From: Clostridia bacterium
Lineage (GTDB): Bacteria > Bacillota > Clostridia > TANB77 > CAG-508
Direction of reading: 5' to 3'
Assembly: GCA_017530505.1 (NCBI GenBank)
Contig: JAFXMI010000035.1
Span: 35,383 to 99,382, forward strand
Length of the DNA: 64,000 bases
Below are positions 30,184-39,922 of the stretch, in pieces; position 1 is the stretch's first letter, and every line of letters begins with the position of its first letter. Under the pieces are notes generated by a model. The model ran no database searches. It had not been told where the DNA came from and saw only the letters and a program-made list of their open reading frames with translations. The translations under genes and the position numbers were made by a program.

Positions 30184-30388
30184 GGGAAAAGTATTGAAGT
30201 ATATAGGAATAGTATTATTTGTAACAATGATGGTTTTAATATATTTAGTAAGTCCAAAAATTACAGCTGAAATTCAAAATATAGCTAAATTTATTTATGA
30301 GATAGATAGCAATTATATAACTAGAATTGTAGAGCTTATTTTGGCAGTATCATTAATTTTAACAGTATTTATGACAAAGAAAAAATAG
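30170..30388 (+). CDS. Small two-TM protein, holin-like
   Basis: 72 aa, two hydrophobic helices, K-rich C-terminus; overlaps the lysozyme stop. Confidence 0.35.
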   Translation: MKKYKGKVLKYIGIVLFVTMMVLIYLVSPKITAEIQNIAKFIYEIDSNYITRIVELILAVSLILTVFMTKKK

Positions 30389-30402
30389 AAAGGAAAAAAC
30401 AA

Positions 30403-30837
30403 ATGATAGAGTGTTATCAAGAATTATTAAATGAATGTATTGATATTCAAGAACACAACAGAATTGTTGAAGTATTTAAAAAAGTAAATGAATTTATGAG
30501 AGGAGGAGATCAAATGTTAGGTAAACATAGTTATGAAGTTCAAAAAATTAGAAAGCTAGAAGAAGAAAAGCAAGAATTACTGGCAATTATTTCAAGAAAA
30601 GATAAAGAAATTACAGACATAAAGAAAGAATGCATCAAACAATTTGAACAAATTAGAGATTTATGTTTTGCAAATGAATATAACGGACATAATAATCCAA
30701 TTGCAAAATTAAGAAAAATTGAAGAAATAGCTTCTAATAATTTTTCAGCATTAGTAGTTGATATAGTTATTTCTGAGTCAGATGAAAATAAAAAAGCAAA
30801 AATAATAGAACTACCAAATACCGACCAAAGTAATTAA
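30403..30837 (+). CDS. Hypothetical coiled-coil protein
   Basis: ORF with RBS. Confidence 0.4.
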   Translation: MIECYQELLNECIDIQEHNRIVEVFKKVNEFMRGGDQMLGKHSYEVQKIRKLEEEKQELLAIISRKDKEITDIKKECIKQFEQIRDLCFANEYNGHNNPIAKLRKIEEIASNNFSALVVDIVISESDENKKAKIIELPNTDQSN

Positions 30838-30924
30838 ATAGTTCTATATAAAACACTTATATAAATGCTCTAAATTTATTCTAGCATATAGAATTTGAAT
30901 TTGCAAGAGCGGAAAAGAGGAAAA

Positions 30925-31254
30925 ATGGGAAGATTAAAATTACAAGATAGCATACAACAGGTAATGTTTAGTTTTTCTGGTGGAAATCCAGGTGCATTAA
31001 ATTTTTTATTCGAATTAATTAAAGCAGATGAACAAAATTTTTTTAAAGATTTTATGACAATAGATAAGATGCAATTATATGAAAATAAACTATATATGTT
31101 ATGGAATGATTGTTGTAAACGAGATATTCAAAAAGCTAAAAAAGTACTATATCTATATAGAATAGGAAAGATATCTTCAAAAGATATAGATGAAAGAATA
31201 AAAAATGTAGGATATGGACAAAGTTTTGATGATTTATTAGAAGGGAGCAATTAG
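30925..31254 (+). CDS. Hypothetical protein
   Basis: Start MGRLKLQ 6 nt after AGAGGA; the upstream extension in the ORF track is probably leader sequence. Confidence 0.4.
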   Translation: MGRLKLQDSIQQVMFSFSGGNPGALNFLFELIKADEQNFFKDFMTIDKMQLYENKLYMLWNDCCKRDIQKAKKVLYLYRIGKISSKDIDERIKNVGYGQSFDDLLEGSN

Positions 31255-31256
31255 TT

Positions 31257-31427
31257 ATGAAATATTGTAGTATTTACGGAAAAGAATTTGAAGGTTGGGG
31301 AAATAATGCTAGACCAGTAAATGAAGGAACATGTTGTGATAATTGTAACACAAATATAGTAATTCCAAGAAGAATACAGGACCATATGAATAGTATAAAA
31401 GGAAGGGAGAATAATTGTGGAAATTAG
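31257..31427 (+). CDS. Small zinc-ribbon protein (56 aa) preceding the SMC-like ATPase
   Basis: MKYCSIYGKEFEGW...GTCCDNCN; overlaps the ATPase GTG start. Confidence 0.3.
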   Translation: MKYCSIYGKEFEGWGNNARPVNEGTCCDNCNTNIVIPRRIQDHMNSIKGRENNCGN

Positions 31428-33354
31428 AATTTATAATTTAAAATTAAAAAATTTTAAAGGAATTAAAGATTTAGAAATAGTATTTGATGGAAAAAATACC
31501 AATATTTATGGTAAAAATGCAACTGGAAAAACAACTGTATTTGATGCTTTTAAATGGTTATTTTTTGATAAAGATAGTAATGATAGAAAAGATTTTAATG
31601 TTAAAACTTTAGATGCAAATAATAAACCTATTCATTACTTGGAGCATGAAGTAGAAGCAACATTAATAATTGATGGACAAGATGTAAATTTTAGGAAAAT
31701 GTTACAAGAAAAATGGGTAAAAAAGAGAGGACAAGAACAGCAAGAATTCTCTGGGCATGAAACAAGCTATTGGATCGATGAAGTGCCAGTAAAAAAGAAA
31801 GATTATGAAGAAAAAATCAATACAATTATACCTGAAAATTTATTTAAATTGATAACAGATCCTTCATTTTTTAACAACCAGATGTCATGGAAAGAAAGAC
31901 GTGAATTATTAATAAACATTTCTGGAACTACTATTACAGACGATATGATATTAACTTCTGATGAACAATTTACAAGTTTAAAAGAAAATTTGGAAGGTAG
32001 ATCCATAGATGATTATAGTAAAGTTTTAGCTTCAAAAATAAAAGAATTAAATAGACAAAAAGAAACTATACCTGTAAGAATAGATGAGCTTACAAAAACT
32101 CTTATAACAGAACATAATATCAATTATGAAGAATTAGAAAATGAAAAGAAAAAATATAATGAAGAATTACAAAAAATTGAATTGGAAATGACAGATATAC
32201 AATCTAGAGTACAGGAAAACATGAAAAAAGCTGACCAATTAGCGAAAGCTAAAAATGAATTAAATAATTTGAAATTTAAACTTGAAATTGAACATAATCA
32301 GAAATATTCTCAAAAATCGATAAATCTTCAAAATGAAAAATCAATGTTAGAAAATAACTTAAGAAGAAAAAAACATGAATATGAAGATTTAGAGTTGCAA
32401 ATTGAAAATGATACAAAAAGAAAAGATGAACTATATAAAAAATGGGATGAAATTATTAATTTGAAATTAGAATTTGATCCAAATTCATTTATATGTCCAA
32501 CATGTAAAAGAGAATATGAAACAGATAAAATCGATGAAATGAAAAAAGAATTTGCAAATAATTTACATATTCATAAAGAATCCGAAAAACAGGCAATCAA
32601 TAAAGAAGGACAAACATTGAAAGCTAGAATAGAAGAAAATACTAGCACAAAGGAAAAAATCCAAAGTGAAATAAATGAGTTTGATATCAAATTACAGGAA
32701 GTAAATAAGCAACTTGCTGATATTGAAAGACAACAATCGAATAGTGAAGATTTTGATGTTACAATACTTCCACAATACCAGGAGAAGATAAAAGAAGTAG
32801 AAAACTTAGAACAGATTGTTAATAAAATAGTTGCAAGTGATACAACTGAAATACAACACAAAAAATCAAATATTATGGAACAAATAAATAATATTGATAG
32901 GCAATTAAATGAAAGAGATGTACAAGAAAAAACAAAAATGCGTATTTCTGAATTAGAAAAAGAAGAAGAAGAAATATCACAGAAAGTACAAGAACTAGAA
33001 TCGCAGCAATTTCAAATAGAACAATTTATTAAAACAAAAGTTGAATTGTTAGAAAATGCTATAAACAGTAATTTTGAAATTGTTAAATTTAGATTATTTA
33101 AAACACAAATTAATGGTGGATTAGAAGAATGTTGCGATACTTTAGTAAATGGAGTTCCATATTCTGATGTAAACAATGCTCATAAAATAATTGCAGGATT
33201 AGATATTATAAAAACTTTATCTAAATTTCATAATAGAACAGCACCAATATTTATAGATAACAGGGAGAGCATAAATACTTTATGTGTAATAGATGCTCAA
33301 ATAATTAGTTTAGTAGTAACTGAAGATCCTAAATTAAGAATTGAGGTGGGATAG
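31417..33354 (+). CDS. Rad50/SbcC-like (AAA_23) ATPase with central CxxC zinc hook in a long coiled coil
   Basis: N-terminus ..LKNFKGIKDLEIVFDGKNTNIYGKNATGKTTVFDAFKWLFF; FICPTCKREY at mid-length; degenerate signature QINGGLEE; Walker B region PIFIDNRES. Confidence 0.6.
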   Translation: MEIRIYNLKLKNFKGIKDLEIVFDGKNTNIYGKNATGKTTVFDAFKWLFFDKDSNDRKDFNVKTLDANNKPIHYLEHEVEATLIIDGQDVNFRKMLQEKWVKKRGQEQQEFSGHETSYWIDEVPVKKKDYEEKINTIIPENLFKLITDPSFFNNQMSWKERRELLINISGTTITDDMILTSDEQFTSLKENLEGRSIDDYSKVLASKIKELNRQKETIPVRIDELTKTLITEHNINYEELENEKKKYNEELQKIELEMTDIQSRVQENMKKADQLAKAKNELNNLKFKLEIEHNQKYSQKSINLQNEKSMLENNLRRKKHEYEDLELQIENDTKRKDELYKKWDEIINLKLEFDPNSFICPTCKREYETDKIDEMKKEFANNLHIHKESEKQAINKEGQTLKARIEENTSTKEKIQSEINEFDIKLQEVNKQLADIERQQSNSEDFDVTILPQYQEKIKEVENLEQIVNKIVASDTTEIQHKKSNIMEQINNIDRQLNERDVQEKTKMRISELEKEEEEISQKVQELESQQFQIEQFIKTKVELLENAINSNFEIVKFRLFKTQINGGLEECCDTLVNGVPYSDVNNAHKIIAGLDIIKTLSKFHNRTAPIFIDNRESINTLCVIDAQIISLVVTEDPKLRIEVG

Positions 33355-33690
33355 ATGAAAAAAATGCAATATAGAGTTTATGAATCCTATGCATTTACAA
33401 AAAATGAAAAAGAAAAGATGCTTATAAATCGAGAAATATATAACGAACTAAAAACAGAATACAAAATACTAAAAATTAGTGATGTAGACCATAGAATGCC
33501 AACAAAAGAAGAATTGGAAAAAAACGATATAGTTTATTCAAGAAAAGCATGTTATGGACATGGAGAATATAAAATTTATAAATGTCCAGAAACGGTACAA
33601 TTAGATGAATTAGCACTAATATGTGATGATGGTAATTTATGTTTTGGATATAGCGGAAGTAGAAATAAAATAACAGTATTTGAAGATTAG
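33355..33690 (+). CDS. Hypothetical protein
   Basis: ORF, 111 aa. Confidence 0.4.
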   Translation: MKKMQYRVYESYAFTKNEKEKMLINREIYNELKTEYKILKISDVDHRMPTKEELEKNDIVYSRKACYGHGEYKIYKCPETVQLDELALICDDGNLCFGYSGSRNKITVFED

Positions 33691-33699
33691 GAGGAACCA

Positions 33700-33930
33700 A
33701 TGTCAAAAAAAGAAGAGGTAATTGTAATATTTGTAAAAAAAGATAATGAGCATGGTATTAGTGTTCATGTTAATAATACAGAGACAATAAATGTTTTAAT
33801 AGGAATTGCCGAAACAATACAATTAATAACAACAAATTCAAACCAAAGTAGAGAACAAGTTATGTCAGATATAAATAAAATTTTGGATATATTAGAAGAA
33901 AAAGAAATAGGAGGAAAAGAAAATGAATAA
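33700..33930 (+). CDS. Hypothetical protein
   Basis: ORF, 76 aa, RBS GGAGGAA. Confidence 0.35.
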   Translation: MSKKEEVIVIFVKKDNEHGISVHVNNTETINVLIGIAETIQLITTNSNQSREQVMSDINKILDILEEKEIGGKENE

Positions 33931-34201
33931 TGAAACAATTTTAAAAATATCAAGTAAATCAAATCCAAGTTCTGTTGCTGGAGCAATAGTTGGTGTATTT
34001 AACGAAAACAAAAAATCAAGAGTAGAGTTGCAAGCAGTTGGAGCTGGTGCAGTAAATCAAGCTGTAAAGGCAATAGCAATCGCAAGAGGGTTTGTTGCTT
34101 CAACAGGTGTTGATCTAGTATGTATACCAGCATTTAATACAATAAAAATTGAAAACGAAGATAGAACTGCTATGAAATTTATAGTAAGGGGGATTAACTA
34201 A
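33923..34201 (+). CDS. spoVS: SpoVS (stage V sporulation protein S) homologue encoded in the prophage
   Basis: ILKISSKSNPSSVAGAIVGVF...LQAVGAGAVNQAVKAIAIARGFVASTGVDLVCIPAF closely matches B. subtilis SpoVS over its full length. Confidence 0.75.
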   Translation: MNNETILKISSKSNPSSVAGAIVGVFNENKKSRVELQAVGAGAVNQAVKAIAIARGFVASTGVDLVCIPAFNTIKIENEDRTAMKFIVRGIN

Positions 34202-34203
34202 TT

Positions 34204-35202
34204 ATGAGTAATGAAATAGTAAAAAAAGAGGATACACAATTACAAGAAAGAAAACCAACAGCAAGTGAAAGATTTACAAATATGGTAGTAAATGAGTTTC
34301 AAGGAAATATAGGCCAATTAAATTTAAATGAATATCAAAAACAATTGATTAGGAATTATTTTATAGGAATCGATAATGCACTAAAAATAGCTGAAACAAG
34401 TCGTTCATATAATAAGAAGAAAGCAAATGATCCAACAGTAACTTGGGATAATGTAAATATGAATAAATTAGCCGTTGATGTAGTGCAGAATGCAAAAATG
34501 GGATTAGATATGTCTATTGCTAATCATCTTCATGTAGTACCATTTAAGAACGGAAAAACAAATAAATATGATTTAACTTTAATGCCAGGATATGAAGGTT
34601 TAAAATATATTGCCGCAAATTTTGCTTTGTATAAAGTAGCGGACATAAAAGTTGAACTAGTACATGAAAATGATGTGTTCCAACCAACATATAAAAACAA
34701 TATTGAAGGATATGAATTTAAAATAACAAATCCATTTTCAAGAGGTAATGTAATAGGTGGATTTGGATATATAAGATACGAAAATGAAGTACATAACAAA
34801 TTAATTGTAATGTCTGTAGATGAATTGTTAAAAAGGAAACCATCAACTGCATCTCCAGAATTTTGGGGAGGACAAAAGGATAAATGGGAAGATGGTAAAA
34901 AAGTTGGAACAGAAGAAATTGAAGGTTGGACAAACGAAATGTTATACAAAACGATGGTAAGAGCAACATGTAAAAAAGTAACAGTAGATCCAAAAAAAGT
35001 AAATGATAGTTACATATATGTGATGGAATCAAATGAAAATTATTATATAGAAAATCAAGAGGAAAAAGTACAAGAAGAAATTGATGAGAATGCTAATAAA
35101 GCATTAATAGACATTGAAACTGGAAAAATTGAAGATACTGAAAATGCATCAAATGAAGAAGTATCTGAAAATGATAATACAACTGAAGGGCCAGCATTTT
35201 AA
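34204..35202 (+). CDS. recT: RecT-family single-strand annealing protein
   Basis: RecT core plus acidic C-terminal tail. Confidence 0.8.
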   Translation: MSNEIVKKEDTQLQERKPTASERFTNMVVNEFQGNIGQLNLNEYQKQLIRNYFIGIDNALKIAETSRSYNKKKANDPTVTWDNVNMNKLAVDVVQNAKMGLDMSIANHLHVVPFKNGKTNKYDLTLMPGYEGLKYIAANFALYKVADIKVELVHENDVFQPTYKNNIEGYEFKITNPFSRGNVIGGFGYIRYENEVHNKLIVMSVDELLKRKPSTASPEFWGGQKDKWEDGKKVGTEEIEGWTNEMLYKTMVRATCKKVTVDPKKVNDSYIYVMESNENYYIENQEEKVQEEIDENANKALIDIETGKIEDTENASNEEVSENDNTTEGPAF

Positions 35203-35945
35203 TGAAATTAAAAATATTAGGTAGCAGTTCATCTGGTAATTGCTACCTAATAGAAGCAACAGAAAATGAAAAGTTAATATTAGATGCAGGTGTTAACTTT
35301 AAAAATGTACAAAAAGAATTAAATTTTAATTTCAAAGGAATTCAAGGTGTACTTGTTACTCATGAACATATGGACCATTTAAAATATGCACCAAATTTTG
35401 CTTTGAATGGAATAAATATATATGCATCAGCTGGAACTTTTTGTAAATTAAATTTAAAAGGTCACAGATTTAAAATAATAAAAGCATTGGAGCAATTTAC
35501 AATAGGAAATTTTATAATTCTTCCATTTGATACAGAACACGATGCAACTGAGCCGCTAGGATTTTTAATACAATACAAACCTACAGGAGAAAAATTGCTT
35601 TATGCTACAGATACATATTATATAAAATACAAATTTAGTAAATTAAATTATTTACTTTTAGAATGTAACTATATTAGAGAAATAGCAAAAGAAAATGTTA
35701 AAAATGGAGTAATAAATAAAACAAGATATATTAGATTGTTGGAAAGCCATTTTAGTTTAGATAATTTATTAAAATTTTTAAATTCTAATGATTTAACAAG
35801 TGCTAAAAACATAATACTTTGTCATCTTTCAAATGATAATGCAAATGAAAAAATAATGAAAGACAAAGTTTTTGAACAAACTGGAGTTCCAACGATGATT
35901 GCAAGGCCAGGACTAGATACTGAATTAAAATTATATCCATTTTAA
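35202..35945 (+). CDS. MBL-fold metallo-hydrolase (likely nuclease partner of RecT)
   Basis: HxHxDH motif VLVTHEHMDHL. Confidence 0.8.
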   Translation: MKLKILGSSSSGNCYLIEATENEKLILDAGVNFKNVQKELNFNFKGIQGVLVTHEHMDHLKYAPNFALNGINIYASAGTFCKLNLKGHRFKIIKALEQFTIGNFIILPFDTEHDATEPLGFLIQYKPTGEKLLYATDTYYIKYKFSKLNYLLLECNYIREIAKENVKNGVINKTRYIRLLESHFSLDNLLKFLNSNDLTSAKNIILCHLSNDNANEKIMKDKVFEQTGVPTMIARPGLDTELKLYPF

Positions 35946-35956
35946 GAGGTGGTTAT

Positions 35957-36274
35957 ATGAATAGTATAAAAGCGATACAACAATTAGAATCATTAAAACG
36001 AGATAGATTGAGTTTTGTGCATAATAACGAATTAGATGAGGTATTTTTAGAAGATATAAAAGCAATAAGTATAGCAATTAAAGCATTAAAAAAATATCCA
36101 GATATCAAAGATAATGATTTTAAATGCAGAATGTGTGGTAAAGAGCTGAAAACATGGAAAAGTATTCAAAGAGGATTTGGACCAGTTTGTGAACGAAAAT
36201 TTTTGAATGATGTATACAATAATCAGCAAATGACTTTAGATACACTTATACACGAAAGAAAGGAGAGGCAATAA
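35957..36274 (+). CDS. Hypothetical protein
   Basis: 105 aa ORF. Confidence 0.4.
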   Translation: MNSIKAIQQLESLKRDRLSFVHNNELDEVFLEDIKAISIAIKALKKYPDIKDNDFKCRMCGKELKTWKSIQRGFGPVCERKFLNDVYNNQQMTLDTLIHERKERQ

Positions 36275-37228
36275 TGGCAAATAAAGACGTTTATTATTTT
36301 AGTCACGATTCCAATGCATTATCAGATCCAAAAATACTTGGAATGAGATGTGACTATGGATTAGAACGGATATGGATTATATTGGGCCATATTAGAAATG
36401 TTAAGAAATGAATCTACATATAGGTTGCCTCTAAATAAAAATACATATAGAGCAATAAAAATGCAAACTGGTACGAACATTGATGTAGAAAAGTATTTAA
36501 ATGATTGTATGAATGAATATAGAGATGATGAGAGCGGAAATGGATTATTTAATACTGATAAAAAAACATTTTGGTCTGCAAGTTTATTAAGAAGAATGGA
36601 AAAATATGAAACATTAAAAGAGAAAAGAAGTCAAGCAGCAAATACAAGATGGAATAAACAAAAAGAAAAATCAAAAAAACAATCTAAAAATGCAAAATTA
36701 TGCAAATGCATAAAAAATATATGCAAATGCATTACACTTGCAAAGGGTAAACAGTACACTTGCAATGCAAACTTGAAAAAAGTATATGCAAAATTATGCA
36801 AATTAAATCAAATTAAATCAAATCAAATTAAATTAAATAAAATAAAAGATATTAAATCTATCTATCCATCTAATCATATCTACCAGGAAAATAAAAATTT
36901 AGACAAAATGATGGATGAGATGGATAAGATAGAATTTGAACGAGTTTTAAATAATTGTGAATTACACAAACTTGCTCCAGAACTTGCTATTGAAATAACA
37001 GAAATTTTAAAGGAAATGTATATAAATACTGAAACAAGAGAAAAAACATTAGAACTTAATTGTAAAAAAGTGTTATATGCATTACACAATTTTGCTATTG
37101 CTAATACAAAAACAAGAATACAAATACCAAAACAATATTTTAAAAAATGTTTATTATCAGCATTACAACAAACGGAATTAAGTGAACAATTTGATATTGA
37201 TGTATTTTATGAAACGGAGGATTACTAA
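36274..37228 (+). CDS. Phage replisome organiser (Lin1244/Lin1753-type N-domain, DnaD-like) with +1 discontinuity at in-frame CGG 36367-36369 and internal origin iterons
   Basis: MANKDVYYFSHDSNALSDPKILGMRCDYGLE-G-YGLYWAILEMLRNESTYRL reads through only if the C is skipped. Confidence 0.65.
36689..36859 (+). repeat. Putative phage replication origin: iterons inside the replisome-organiser gene
   Basis: TATGCAAAATTATGCAAAT x2, TGCAAATGCAT x2, TACACTTGCAA x2, then about 5 tandem AAATTAAATCA units (encoding NQIKSNQIKLNKIK). Confidence 0.5.
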
Positions 37229-37229
37229 T

Positions 37230-37403
37230 ATGGCAGTTAGAGAAGATGAACTTATTTCAAGAAAATTAAATATATGTGAAAATTGTGAATGGTGTGTTCC
37301 TACTGAAAAATGCCCTCGTTGTTTAATTACTGGAGAACAAACTGGTTTATTTGAATATTGTGAGTTGTTTAAGAGAAGAACAGGCAATCATATAAGTATG
37401 TAA
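37230..37403 (+). CDS. Small zinc-finger protein
   Basis: CENCEWC...CPRC. Confidence 0.4.
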   Translation: MAVREDELISRKLNICENCEWCVPTEKCPRCLITGEQTGLFEYCELFKRRTGNHISM

Positions 37404-37489
37404 TGATTTACATAATATTTTCAAAATTAAAATAAATGTGAATATTAGAAACAAACACAAGTTAGAAAATACGAAGGAGAGTAACTATT

Positions 37490-37924
37490 ATGAGTGATTT
37501 AGATATAACAAATACTAATGATGTCAAGACTTTAATGTTAGATGTAATATACTTTATTGAAAATTACGGCAATATAAAAAATGAGATAAAAAATAAAATT
37601 TACATAGAGAATGGAAAGCAAGATGATTATTTACATGAGATTGAGCTTGCAAAATTAAATGGAATTGAATTGATGCAAGTTTCAAAGAAATTAAAAGAAG
37701 TAAGAATAAACAGGAGAATATATAAGGACAAGTTAGAATTATTAGAAAAATTAAATCCTTATGTTAGTAAGTTTATAACAAAAGGAATTTTAGCAGAAAG
37801 TAAAATTTTAATTGAAAATATAGATAGATTAGTCGATAACCAAAATACACGCCAATATACACCAAGAGTTATAAAAGATTTAAAGTGTGTAAAAAAAGAG
37901 GAGAATACCGATGAAAAAAGTTAA
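37490..37924 (+). CDS. Hypothetical protein
   Basis: ORF with RBS AGGAGAG. Confidence 0.4.
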   Translation: MSDLDITNTNDVKTLMLDVIYFIENYGNIKNEIKNKIYIENGKQDDYLHEIELAKLNGIELMQVSKKLKEVRINRRIYKDKLELLEKLNPYVSKFITKGILAESKILIENIDRLVDNQNTRQYTPRVIKDLKCVKKEENTDEKS

Positions 37925-38201
37925 AATTAATGGTGTTGAAATTCAATATAATTCTAAAAATGTCCATATTGTCAATTCTTATCAAGTGAAATATAAAGAC
38001 GATATGATAATCATATTAAGGCTGTTTAAGCTTAGAACAGGATATTGCAGCAAAAGAAGTTTGAAAAGTTGGATAAAAGAATGGAAATCACACAATAGGT
38101 TGTATAGGTTAGGATTATTTAAATCACATACAAAGGATTGTGATCTAGAAGAAAATGAAAAATTACATAGGTTGATAGCATATCAAATTTTAGGAATATA
38201 G
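37911..38201 (+). CDS. Hypothetical protein
   Basis: ORF, 96 aa. Confidence 0.35.
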   Translation: MKKVKINGVEIQYNSKNVHIVNSYQVKYKDDMIIILRLFKLRTGYCSKRSLKSWIKEWKSHNRLYRLGLFKSHTKDCDLEENEKLHRLIAYQILGI

Positions 38202-38212
38202 GAGGAATAAAA

Positions 38213-38677
38213 ATGAGCTTATATAATGCTTTATTTGGAAAAAATGAGGAAAAAGATGTTTTACTTGGAATGATAGGTTTAACTGAAAGTTTTTTTGAAA
38301 GATTTAGAGATATACATCTAATAAAACAAGGAACAGTAATAAGAGTTTTTACAAGATTAGGTGGTGGAAATCGTGAAGATTATGAGGATACATGGGAAGA
38401 TATTACAAATCATAAATTATATATAACAGATTATGATGATGATTTTGATTGTACATATGCATATATTGAATTTAATATACCAGAAAAATTTAAAGAAACT
38501 GCTAAAAAGATGTTTAAAGGTGAGCCAATGAGTTTTGAAGAGAAATTTAATAAGCAACTAGAAGAAATGAAAAGACCAGGAACTGTTGCACATAAAAAAG
38601 CTGAAGAAATTGCAAAACAAATTTATGATGGTATTGAAAATAGCAATGGAGATGGAATTAACATCATAAAAATATAG
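38213..38677 (+). CDS. Hypothetical protein
   Basis: ORF with RBS AGGAGGAA. Confidence 0.4.
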   Translation: MSLYNALFGKNEEKDVLLGMIGLTESFFERFRDIHLIKQGTVIRVFTRLGGGNREDYEDTWEDITNHKLYITDYDDDFDCTYAYIEFNIPEKFKETAKKMFKGEPMSFEEKFNKQLEEMKRPGTVAHKKAEEIAKQIYDGIENSNGDGINIIKI

Positions 38678-38690
38678 AGAAGGTGTAATT

Positions 38691-38963
38691 ATGTTAATAT
38701 TAAGTCAAGATAAAAAGAATGTCATAAATTTTGATAAAGTTTCAAATATATGGGTTGAACAAACAAGAGTGAAATATCAATGTCCAGATATAGAAGATTT
38801 TTGGGGAACACTAGGAGAATATGAAAATGAAGAAAGAGCAGAGCAAGTATTAATAGAAATAATAGAAAGATATGATACCTTGAAAAGAAGAAGTGTTTAT
38901 TCTATGGGAGATGGTGGTTACACTTTTGAAGATAAATTTTATTACAAAATGCCAAAGAAATAA
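38691..38963 (+). CDS. Hypothetical protein
   Basis: ORF, 90 aa. Confidence 0.35.
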   Translation: MLILSQDKKNVINFDKVSNIWVEQTRVKYQCPDIEDFWGTLGEYENEERAEQVLIEIIERYDTLKRRSVYSMGDGGYTFEDKFYYKMPKK

Positions 38964-39146
38964 GATTATGAAATATCTACCATTAATAGAAAGTTGCAAA
39001 GAAGCAATAGCAAATAATTGGTGTTTAGGTTGCCAAGCATTAGAAAATCCAAATTTTAGAGGAAATTATTATTGTAAATATAATAAAGAGCCATCTGCAG
39101 ATGAAAAACCAAAAGAAAATATTGGAATACAGGAGAGTTTTTTTCA

Positions 39147-39506
39147 ATGAGTAGTCAAGAGCATTGGAGTTTAGAACAATACCAAGAATATCAGAAAAAC
39201 AAAGGAAAAAGAAGTAAATATGGAGCTAGTAAAACAAAAATAGATGGACATACCTTTGATAGTCAAAAAGAAGCTGAATTTTATAGTGATTTAAAATTCA
39301 GAGCAATGGCAGGAGAAATAGCAGGTTTTTGTTTGCAACCAAGATTTATACTAGCTCCTGGATTAGAATATAGAGCAGATTTTATTGTTTTTAATAATAA
39401 CGGTAGTTTTGAAATTATTGATGTAAAAGGTTTTAAAACGAAAGAATACATAGCTAAAAAGAAAGTGCTAGAAGATAAATATAATTTAAAAATTAGGGAG
39501 ATATAA
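39147..39506 (+). CDS. PD-(D/E)xK-type nuclease, DUF1064-like (putative junction resolvase)
   Basis: GHTFDSQKEAEFY...YRADFIVF...EIIDVKG. Confidence 0.4.
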   Translation: MSSQEHWSLEQYQEYQKNKGKRSKYGASKTKIDGHTFDSQKEAEFYSDLKFRAMAGEIAGFCLQPRFILAPGLEYRADFIVFNNNGSFEIIDVKGFKTKEYIAKKKVLEDKYNLKIREI

Positions 39507-39509
39507 ATT

Positions 39510-39914
39510 ATGAATATACAAGAATTAAATTTGAATTTAAAAATAGGACATGCAATATGTTTTGATTTTGATGGAGTAATACATAAATATAGTAAAGGTT
39601 GGCAAGATGGAAGTATTTATGATGATTATAATAAAGAAATTATAGATTTTATGTGTTTTATGCAAAAAGCAGGAATTCCAGTATTTATATGTTCTACAAG
39701 AGATCCAATGCAAATTTTAGATTGGTGGAATACACAAAATTTTTGGTGTAGGGCTGCAGCTATAAGTGATTATACAACTTTTTGGAATAGCATAGATTTA
39801 ATAGGTGTAACTAATAGAAAATTGCCAGCACAATTATATATAGATGATAGAGCTTATAAATTTGAAGGACAAACAATGAAACAAATAATTTTAGATTTAT
39901 CAAAAAAGGAGTAA
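39510..39914 (+). CDS. HAD-superfamily phosphatase/5'-nucleotidase-like
   Basis: Motif I CFDFDGVI, motif IV LYIDD. Confidence 0.45.
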   Translation: MNIQELNLNLKIGHAICFDFDGVIHKYSKGWQDGSIYDDYNKEIIDFMCFMQKAGIPVFICSTRDPMQILDWWNTQNFWCRAAAISDYTTFWNSIDLIGVTNRKLPAQLYIDDRAYKFEGQTMKQIILDLSKKE

Positions 39915-39922
39915 AAATTATT

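Noticed and set aside
30895-30924. In-frame CGG at about 30907 in the ORF-track version of gene 30895-31254
   Set aside because: The better start is the ATG at 30925, 6 nt after AGAGGA, which places the CGG in the untranslated leader. It is therefore not counted among the CGG sites.
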